Shown: positions 9,726 through 17,783 of the stretch, piece after piece
Position numbering within the stretch: position 1 is the first letter of the stretch
How the letters are laid out: each line of letters opens with the position of its first letter
From: an uncultured virus (IMG/VR IMGVR_UViG_3300020175_000006)
Taxonomy: Duplodnaviria; Heunggongvirae; Uroviricota; Caudoviricetes
Virus record (IMG/VR): IMGVR_UViG_3300020175_000006
Direction: 5' to 3' (one strand)
Length of the DNA stretch: 64,000 bases
The notes under the pieces: model-generated
Told to the model about the DNA's origin: nothing
The model's input: only the letters and a program-made list of their open reading frames with translations
The model's database searches: none
Translations under genes and position numbers: made by a program

Positions 9726-12131
9726 TTACGAGACGGTTCCACCTCTTAGGAATACATCATTTGAAGTGTTGTTTATCTGCATCCCAGAGGCCGCCCATGT
9801 TGAATACAGTCTATACTCTGTGTTCGTATATACTGTACCTGTGTAGTCAAGTAATCTATCATATAAAGTATTACTAGTATTAAAAGTGGTTCCGTATGAA
9901 CTAGAAGTGCCATACTCTATTTGTGTAACTCTATTACTTGAACCACCTAAGGTGTTCTGTGGTACCGCAACTATATACCATGCACTTTCACTTACAGTTC
10001 CATCAGGTACTTCAAATTCATCAAATAAGTTTTGTCTAGGTCCTGATTGAGGAACCGTTGATGTGTATACCTGTGGTAATCCGGTAACTCCCGAAGTAGC
10101 ATACATTTCCATCCATGTGAGTAATGAATCGTTTGTTGTTGCTGCGAATCCAGCGTTAAATCCGAAGAAATCAGGGAAAGAAATTCCTTGACCATTTAAA
10201 TAACCTGATATGTCGCTACTCTTGGATGCAGGCTCGATAAATAGAAGTGCGGGTCCTAAGGCAGCCGCACTAGGTGTTATACTTGGTGTCACTGTTGCTG
10301 ATGGTGTTATAGTCGGCGTTGCCGTGATTGATGGCGTTGCCGTGATTGATGGCGTTGCCGTGATTGATGGCGTTGCCGTGATTGATGGCGTTGCCGTGAT
10401 TGATGGCGTTGCGGTAATTGATGGAGTTGCGGTAATTGATGGAGTTGCGGTGATTGATGGAGTTATCGATGGTGTTGCAGTTATCGATGGTGTGGCTGTT
10501 ATTGACGGTGTAGCTGTTATTGACGGAGTTGCGGTGATTGATGGAGTTGCAGTTATTGATGGTGTTACTGAAGGAGTCGCGGTTATTGACGGAGTGGCTG
10601 TTATTGATGGTGTTGCGGTGACTGATGGTGTTGCAGTTATCGATGGTGTTGCAGTTATCGATGGAGTTACTGATGGTGTTGCAGTTATCGATGGTGTTGC
10701 AGTTATCGATGGTGTGGCTGTTATTGACGGTGTAGCTGTTATTGACGGAGTTGCGGTGATTGATGGAGTTGCAGTTATTGATGGAGTTGCGGTGATTGAT
10801 GGTGTTACTGAAGGAGTCGCGGTTATCGATGGTGTTGCAGTTATCGATGGTGTTGCAGTTATCGATGGTGTTGCAGTTATCGATGGAGTTACTGATGGTG
10901 TTGCAGTTATCGATGGTGTTGCAGTTATCGATGGTGTGGCTGTTATTGACGGTGTAGCTGTTATTGACGGAGTTGCGGTGATTGATGGAGTTGCAGTTAT
11001 TGATGGAGTTGCGGTGATTGATGGTGTTACTGAAGGAGTCGCGGTTATCGATGGTGTTGCAGTTATCGATGGTGTTGCAGTTATCGATGGTGTTGCAGTT
11101 ATCGATGGAGTTACTGATGGTGTTGCAGTTATCGATGGTGTTGCAGTTATCGATGGTGTTGCAGTTATCGATGGTGTTGCAGTTATCGATGGTGTGGCTG
11201 TTATTGACGGTGTAGCAGTTATTGACGGAGTTGCGGTGATTGATGGAGTTGCAGTTATTGACGGAGTTGCGGTGATTGATGGAGTTGCAGTTATTGATGG
11301 AGTTGCGGTGATTGATGGTGTTGCAGTTATCGATGGTGTTGCAGTTATCGATGGAGTGGCCGTTATCGATGGTGTTGCTGTTATCGATGGTGTTGCGGTT
11401 ATCGATGGAGTTGCGGTGATTGATGGAGTTGCAGTTATTGATGGTGTTGCGGTTATCGATGGCGTTGCAGTTATAGACGGTGTTGCCGTTATCGATGGTG
11501 TTGCGGTTATCGATGGAGTTACCGATGAAGTAGGTGTAGGAGACTCTCCTGGTGTTACTGAAGGAGTCGCGGTTATCGATGGAGTTGCAGTTATCGATGG
11601 TGTTGCAGTTATCGATGGTGTTGCTGTTATCGATGGTGTTGCGGTTATCGATGGAGTTGCAGTTATCGATGGTGTGGCTGTTATTGACGGTGTAGCAGTT
11701 ATTGACGGAGTTGCGGTGATTGATGGAGTTGCCGTTATCGATGGTGTTGCAGTTATCGATGGTGTTGCGGTTATCGATGGAGTTACCGATGAAGTAGGTG
11801 TAGGAGACTCTCCTGGTGTTGCTGTTATCGATGGAGTGGCCGTTATCGATGGAGTGGCCGTTATCGATGGAGTTGCTGTTATTGATGGAGTTGGTGTTGG
11901 TGATACACCAATATTAACGGTAGTGGTAGTACCACTGCACGGTCCCGCATCACTAACAACTATATACACACTATTAGTGTCGTCATCTAAAAAAGTAATT
12001 CCGTTTACTAACTGGTTTCTAGTCACTCCAGTTATAAAGTTTGCGGGAATCTGTGAAGTGTGGTATATATCCAAGGTCGATATGTCCACACCCACACTTG
12101 TACCGCTTAATGTTACTTCTCTTTGCGCCAT
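9726..12131 (-). CDS. Mucin-like (TPSITA)n repeat protein, putative virion fibre/surface protein
   Basis: 801-aa ORF; ~540 aa of TPSITA between two small globular domains. Confidence 0.85.
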   Translation of the reverse strand: MAQREVTLSGTSVGVDISTLDIYHTSQIPANFITGVTRNQLVNGITFLDDDTNSVYIVVSDAGPCSGTTTTVNIGVSPTPTPSITATPSITATPSITATPSITATPGESPTPTSSVTPSITATPSITATPSITATPSITATPSITATPSITATPSITATPSITATPSITATPSITATPSITATPSITATPSVTPGESPTPTSSVTPSITATPSITATPSITATPSITATPSITATPSITATPSITATPSITATPSITATPSITATPSITATPSITATPSITATPSITATPSITATPSITATPSITATPSITATPSITATPSITATPSITATPSITATPSVTPSITATPSITATPSITATPSITATPSVTPSITATPSITATPSITATPSITATPSITATPSITATPSITATPSVTPSITATPSITATPSITATPSITATPSVTPSITATPSITATPSITATPSITATPSITATPSITATPSITATPSVTPSITATPSITATPSVTATPSITATPSITATPSVTPSITATPSITATPSITATPSITATPSITATPSITPSITATPSITATPSITATPSITATPSITATPSITATPSITATPSITATPTITPSATVTPSITPSAAALGPALLFIEPASKSSDISGYLNGQGISFPDFFGFNAGFAATTNDSLLTWMEMYATSGVTGLPQVYTSTVPQSGPRQNLFDEFEVPDGTVSESAWYIVAVPQNTLGGSSNRVTQIEYGTSSSYGTTFNTSNTLYDRLLDYTGTVYTNTEYRLYSTWAASGMQINNTSNDVFLRGGTVS
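10270..11900 (-). repeat. 18-bp TPSITA coding repeat (~90 units)
   Basis: gatggtgttgcagttatc-type units. Confidence 0.97.
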
Positions 12132-12153
12132 CCTTAAACCTTTTTATTTTTTA

Positions 12154-12161
12154 TATAAATA
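12154..12161 (-). promoter_or_regulatory. TATTTATA motif
   Basis: ~23 nt upstream of the 12131 start. Confidence 0.5.
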
Positions 12162-12211
12162 GTGGTTAGTTTTAATTTGTACCACATTATTTTACCTATA
12201 AAAATATTTTT

Positions 12212-15112
12212 TTATTTAATTTCACCTACAGATAATAAATCATAAGCCACAACATTTACCGAACCTTCGACATTTAATTCGCAACTTATTTGTCTAGAGG
12301 TACCAACGACCGTAAGAGTACAACTATATACGGGTTGAGTACTCGATGGAGTCGGTGTTAAAGTAACTGTTGGGGTTGATGTTGGGGTCGCACCTGGAGT
12401 AGCGGTTAAACTAGGTGTAACCGTTATAGTTGGAGTTACTGTAGGAGTTACTGTAGAGGTGGGTGTTGGTGACACGGGACCTATTCTTCCCGCACAATTA
12501 ACATTTATTTCTATTTCAACCTTTAGTTCAATAAATGCACCATTTAATGGGTCTATATCACCCTCACAATCACCTTTTACCGTAAATATATTATTTAGTA
12601 AATCCGTGGTATATGTAATTCCACTAAATTGTGATAACATTCCTTGAACTATAGTTTCCCATTCATTATCTGAAGGAACATCATTTAAGGTATATCCAGT
12701 ATAAAATGCGTTTTCTATAGTTTGACCTACACCATAACTACCCCCTGATATCGTGAGAACTCCAGTAAACACCGCGCTTTCTAAGTAACATCCATTTCCT
12801 GGTTGATTTAAATCTAAGAAAGCCTCGTTTAACATTTCATAAAACCCTCTCTTACCTTCTGAACTGGTTACAAACTCTTGCTCACATAAAGTATTAATTA
12901 CGTAGTCATCAACGTTTTCATCATTACAGGTTATTGAAACACTCTTAATTATTGAACAACCTTCACTATCTACAATTGTTGCCGTATATGTACCTCCTGA
13001 AAGACCTGTTAAATATAAACCTGTCTGCGAAGTAGGTACATTAGCTGACCACGTAATTGTGAATGGTGCGATACCATCTGTTATAGTTAAACTTGCAGTT
13101 CCATCATTACCTGAAACACATGGTGTACTATATAGTACTGCCTGTACTCCTCCTGTCCCTTCTAATATAGTAAAGTACTGTGTTACTGCACATCCTTCAT
13201 TATCCGTAACAACAACTTGATACGAACCCTGAGGTAAGTTATTTACTAATTCAACATTACTTAAAGACCCAATATTGTTAGAAACTACAGTTCCATCACT
13301 AATTTGTGATACCACATAACTAAGTGGATATTTAATCTCAGTAGTACCCGATGAAACCTCTATATTTACCTCTCCATTTGACTGTCCGCAAGTTGTTGCG
13401 GTTAATGATGTCGCAACAGTAAACTTATTCTCATTTAATATTGTGGCAGTGTCAGTATATTTACACCCATTAATTAATTCTATTCCGATTTGATATGTCC
13501 CAGAAGCAAGATTCTCAAAGGTATATGATTGATTTGTTGTTGTTACCGTTTGGATATTACCTCCACTACCCGTTAAAGTATACGTTAATGGACCTTGATT
13601 GGCATTTACATTTATTTGAATTGACCCATCTTCACCACAATCAGAATTTTCAGTTATAATACTAACCAAACTAAATCCCGCGGTTGAGGTTAATTGAACG
13701 GGTTGGTTAATTGAACATTGTCCAGCATCTTCAATTAAGATATTATAAGCCCCTCCACATAAACTATTTAACGTAAATGTTGTTGAACCGTTCTGTATTT
13801 GTCCCGTACTACCTGAGAAATAATAAGGTAAGGTACCTCCAGTAACTGTAACAGTGATTGTACCATCACAATCAAAACAAGTTGGTTGTGTTCCTACTAT
13901 ATTTGAAACCCCCAATAATGGTAACTGCGGTACTGTAAACCGTTTCGTTATTACACACCCATTCGCATCTGTCACAGTAACCGATGCATCCCCCGCGGGT
14001 AAATTAGATACAGATGGGGTAGTATCTAATGTTGACCAAAAATATGTAAAGGGAGGAGTACCACCTGTAAAGTTAGTAACCTCACCATACCCAGTATTTG
14101 CAACTAAACAAGGACTCGCACCTGTTATTAAAACTTCATAATCAAAACTAGCAACTGAGTTAATTGTAACGGTATCCGTTTGTCCTGTTTGTCCGTTACC
14201 GTCTACTACAATTGCGTAGTATTCACCAGGTAAAATATCACTATCTATAGTAATTATATTTTCATTATAGAATTCGTCACTAAACTCATTTCCATTATAA
14301 TAAAGATATACATGATACGGATACGACAATGAATTACCTGAAATATTAATAATACCTGTAGTTAAGTTACATGTGATATCAACACCAGATATATCAACCT
14401 CAAAACAAGGGTTAACTACCACCTGTGTTGTTAATTCTCTAGCGGTAGGTAAAGTACTATCACTAATATTAAAAACGTAAGTAGTTGCAGATAAACCACT
14501 AAAATTAAATGGACCGTTACCTTGCGTTGTAGGTATAGTCCCTGGTGAGGAGTTAACTATTAAGTAAGGGTTAGTTCCCCCCTCTACATCAAGATATATT
14601 GACCCGTCATCACCACAGTCAGGGGTTCCTGAAAAAGTCACACTTAACGGTCCTTCATCACAATTGGGTGTACATTCAAAACTTGTAACGTCAATACCTG
14701 AATAAGGTAATGTAGTGTTTACGCAAAATACAACTCCTAAACTTGAACCTCTTTGTGTGACTCCACAACAATCCATAAATTCATAGTTACCATTTGTTGT
14801 ACCTGAAACACAATCAGGAACAACAGGTGGAGTCGGGGTAGGTGTCGGCGTTATAGTAGGTGTCGGTGTTGGGCTTGTGGGGATGTTAGCCGATGCATAA
14901 CATATAGCACCTGAATCCATATCAATAACTTGATATTCAAAACAAGTCCCAGTAATAAACGACTCAACGTCAAATTGAAATGGGAAATCACTATATGTTA
15001 GTGAAGACGCAACGTCTGTATATGTTGTTACATCACAATCTTTTACACTAACTGTATAATTACCCGGATTTGGGTCTGAAACTCCTAATGATATGTTTAC
15101 TATTTGACTCAT
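12212..15112 (-). CDS. SprB-repeat-like beta-rich protein with Thr/Pro linkers
   Basis: Repeats such as GGTPPFTYFWST...LPAGDASVTVTDANGC and DGTITVTVTGGTLPY resemble Bacteroidota SprB repeats; ATG at 15112 preferred because the track start at 15130 overlaps the upstream gene. Confidence 0.75.
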   Translation of the reverse strand: MSQIVNISLGVSDPNPGNYTVSVKDCDVTTYTDVASSLTYSDFPFQFDVESFITGTCFEYQVIDMDSGAICYASANIPTSPTPTPTITPTPTPTPPVVPDCVSGTTNGNYEFMDCCGVTQRGSSLGVVFCVNTTLPYSGIDVTSFECTPNCDEGPLSVTFSGTPDCGDDGSIYLDVEGGTNPYLIVNSSPGTIPTTQGNGPFNFSGLSATTYVFNISDSTLPTARELTTQVVVNPCFEVDISGVDITCNLTTGIINISGNSLSYPYHVYLYYNGNEFSDEFYNENIITIDSDILPGEYYAIVVDGNGQTGQTDTVTINSVASFDYEVLITGASPCLVANTGYGEVTNFTGGTPPFTYFWSTLDTTPSVSNLPAGDASVTVTDANGCVITKRFTVPQLPLLGVSNIVGTQPTCFDCDGTITVTVTGGTLPYYFSGSTGQIQNGSTTFTLNSLCGGAYNILIEDAGQCSINQPVQLTSTAGFSLVSIITENSDCGEDGSIQINVNANQGPLTYTLTGSGGNIQTVTTTNQSYTFENLASGTYQIGIELINGCKYTDTATILNENKFTVATSLTATTCGQSNGEVNIEVSSGTTEIKYPLSYVVSQISDGTVVSNNIGSLSNVELVNNLPQGSYQVVVTDNEGCAVTQYFTILEGTGGVQAVLYSTPCVSGNDGTASLTITDGIAPFTITWSANVPTSQTGLYLTGLSGGTYTATIVDSEGCSIIKSVSITCNDENVDDYVINTLCEQEFVTSSEGKRGFYEMLNEAFLDLNQPGNGCYLESAVFTGVLTISGGSYGVGQTIENAFYTGYTLNDVPSDNEWETIVQGMLSQFSGITYTTDLLNNIFTVKGDCEGDIDPLNGAFIELKVEIEINVNCAGRIGPVSPTPTSTVTPTVTPTITVTPSLTATPGATPTSTPTVTLTPTPSSTQPVYSCTLTVVGTSRQISCELNVEGSVNVVAYDLLSVGEIK

Positions 15113-15116
15113 GATA

Positions 15117-17783
15117 TTATGAACAACCACTACTTGATGAGAAATCGAATGATATAGTTGTAAGAAGATTTTGGTTAGTTCTACTAAATACCATTGAGTT
15201 TATATTTGCACATCCATTTGTACCTGAAAGGAATGATGAGCCTCCAGCGGGTATATTTTCTGTTGTTAAGTTTCCACTACCTGATAAACCACACCTTAGG
15301 TATGTTATAGATTGTGCACTAAGAGATGTGTTAGTTATTGTAACATCATTTAAGCAGTTACAGTCCGTTCCACCACACGCAGTTGTCGAATCCGCACTTT
15401 CCAACCATGAAGTACCTACAGTCGTATTTTGATACGTCTTCATCGATGAAGTGTTACCAACTATAGTGAAACAAATTCCATCGAATCCATCAGTTACTAT
15501 TATATTATTTTGTGCTCCACCTAAGTAACCACCCGCACCTCCTAACAATTCAGGCGCCTGTATTATATCTGACAATTGTACAACTCCACCACCCAATGAA
15601 CTACCCGATACGAAATCACAGGTCATGTAAACAAGTGCGTCTAATTTACTATTAGTAAGACCCCCTACCGTTGTCCCTGTATATGTATCACAACTTCTTA
15701 AGACAACATACGCTCCAGAACATTTAGCACCAGGCGTGTCGGGCTGACAACAAGATGTTCCGTTTGAACTGTGGAATTTTAACAATGCGGTTTCGTCGTA
15801 AGTTGGGTCATATACGTAACAGTCTTCAAAACTTACATTTTGACTTGCAGTGTTAGTTACGGTGTGTGTGAATTGTAGGTATTCATCACCCGTTCCTGTG
15901 GGGTCTACAAATGGTATAAGGTCATTATATTTTGTAGGCGCTGCCATGAGGTCGCCAGCACCATAATTTTCCTCAAAACATGCGACATATGTATGTACAC
16001 ACCAATATGTTTGACTTTGAGATGATAAGCAAGTATCACAGTCGAGATATGTATTTTGTGTCGATGGTGTATTGGATGATGTAAATGGTGCAACATTACC
16101 TAATGTGTAACATATACTATCTAAGGATACTATATCTCCTGTTGTAACACTTAATGAGTCTAATACTTGTGCGTGGTTAAGGACTGTAAGACCTGAGAAG
16201 TTGTTTTCACAACAAGGCGTTAATAAGAAAGAGGTATACGAAGGTGGTGAACTTGTTGGTGTAATTGTTGGTGTAACTGTTGGTGTAATTGTTGGTGTAA
16301 CTGATGGAGTATTACTAGGAGCAATACATTCATTCTCGACTATACAATCATCACAGTTATCATAATACTCTCCAGCGGTGAATACCGCATTGGTAGCTCC
16401 GGCTGGGTATGACTCGTCATATGTTACTCTCTTATAACAATTATTTATTATGAAATCCTGATTTCCTCCAAATTGGAAAGTTATTGCTCCTGTTTCTCCC
16501 AATGCTGGCCCATTACTCATATTGGTAACATTATAAACTAACCCATCACAACATCCGCTTAATGAAACGTTATTCTCCACACATGCGTTACTAACCTGAC
16601 AAGTATTACAATCCGTGTAAGTATTATTGGTCCCAAAAAGATTTGGGTATCCCGCAGTTGTATTGTAATACTCGGTATAACTTGAGTTATATTCTATCCT
16701 CTCAAAACATTGGTTCGTTTCAAGCGGACTCTCTCCTGTGATTGGTGTGATTATATCTCCTATATCCGGTATTGGAAATGTCAGGTTAAATGTCGTGCTC
16801 GTTCCCGTGAATATTGTAAACTCTCCCACTCCAGAACAACATCCACTAAACGAAAACGCATTTATAGGAGCCGCAGGTGGTGTTCCTGACGGCGTTACGG
16901 TTATAGATGGAGTTGCGGTTATTGACGGAGTTGCTGTTATTGTTGGAGTTGCAGTTATCGATGGAGTGGATGTAATTGACGGAGTCACAGTTATTGACGG
17001 AGTTGCCGTTATTGTTGGAGTTGCGGTTATTGTTGGAGTTGCGGTTATTGTTGGAGTTTGAGTTAACGATGGAGTAACACTATTAGACGCACCAGGTGTT
17101 GCGGTTATTGATGGAGTTGCAGTAATTGATGGAGTTGCCGTAATTGATGGTGTAGTAGTTACTGATGGAGTTACGGTAATTGACGGAGTGGTAGTAATCG
17201 AAGGAGTCGCACTTATCGAAGCTCCTGGCGTCGCGGTTACTGATGGAGTTGCGGTAATTGACGGAGTGGTAGTAGGGGTAGGGGGTCCAAACTCTAAATC
17301 ACAATCTAAAAAAGTAGGTATACATGAAGAACACTTACCATAGTATAAGTTATTAGGTATTCCACTTAAGTCGGTAGGGTCAGTATTTACAACTAAAGAG
17401 GTTATTTCATAACATACTCCATAATATAAAATACTATCGTCTATTGGTGTGTCGGTTATTAGTGTATATAAGTGTCCCGAACCTGCATCACATCTATCCC
17501 ACCGATAACAACTTTGGGATGGGTCCGACATTAACGATGAGATAAGTAAATTTGCCTCTTCACACGTTTCACAATCAACATACTCAATAAATGTACAATC
17601 GTCTCCATTTATTTCATCTAAAACTTTATTAGTATCTTCATTAATGTAATAACACCCATTATTTATATTATTACATTCAATATCCCAAATCTCACCTGAA
17701 TTTAGGTGCGTAGTATTATTAAAAGTTAACCTATATTCGGATTGGTCGTTACAATTTTGTATGATATAATTTACTGATGTCAT
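15117..17783 (-). CDS. Cys-rich repeat protein with TPS(I/V)T linkers
   Basis: At least five C/CC...C(Y/F)...YxxCxxC modules; ATG at 17783 overlaps the upstream TGA (ATGA). Confidence 0.8.
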   Translation of the reverse strand: MTSVNYIIQNCNDQSEYRLTFNNTTHLNSGEIWDIECNNINNGCYYINEDTNKVLDEINGDDCTFIEYVDCETCEEANLLISSLMSDPSQSCYRWDRCDAGSGHLYTLITDTPIDDSILYYGVCYEITSLVVNTDPTDLSGIPNNLYYGKCSSCIPTFLDCDLEFGPPTPTTTPSITATPSVTATPGASISATPSITTTPSITVTPSVTTTPSITATPSITATPSITATPGASNSVTPSLTQTPTITATPTITATPTITATPSITVTPSITSTPSITATPTITATPSITATPSITVTPSGTPPAAPINAFSFSGCCSGVGEFTIFTGTSTTFNLTFPIPDIGDIITPITGESPLETNQCFERIEYNSSYTEYYNTTAGYPNLFGTNNTYTDCNTCQVSNACVENNVSLSGCCDGLVYNVTNMSNGPALGETGAITFQFGGNQDFIINNCYKRVTYDESYPAGATNAVFTAGEYYDNCDDCIVENECIAPSNTPSVTPTITPTVTPTITPTSSPPSYTSFLLTPCCENNFSGLTVLNHAQVLDSLSVTTGDIVSLDSICYTLGNVAPFTSSNTPSTQNTYLDCDTCLSSQSQTYWCVHTYVACFEENYGAGDLMAAPTKYNDLIPFVDPTGTGDEYLQFTHTVTNTASQNVSFEDCYVYDPTYDETALLKFHSSNGTSCCQPDTPGAKCSGAYVVLRSCDTYTGTTVGGLTNSKLDALVYMTCDFVSGSSLGGGVVQLSDIIQAPELLGGAGGYLGGAQNNIIVTDGFDGICFTIVGNTSSMKTYQNTTVGTSWLESADSTTACGGTDCNCLNDVTITNTSLSAQSITYLRCGLSGSGNLTTENIPAGGSSFLSGTNGCANINSMVFSRTNQNLLTTISFDFSSSSGCS

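Noticed and set aside
1..11900. CRISPR array or non-coding satellite interpretation of the repeats
   Set aside because: No unique spacers, period is a multiple of 3, variation is synonymous, and no cas genes are present
1447..11900. Ice-nucleation protein or RNA polymerase II CTD identity for the repeats
   Set aside because: Neither the AGYGSTxT ice-nucleation repeat nor YSPTSPS is present; resemblance is compositional only
7436..12162. Plus-strand ORFs PDEPELPD... (7436..9034) and VAVIDG... (10210..12162), and the MNLKNLMF-type ORFs
   Set aside because: Antisense shadows of the coding repeats; the minus-strand frames carry the unique flanking domains and fit the operon
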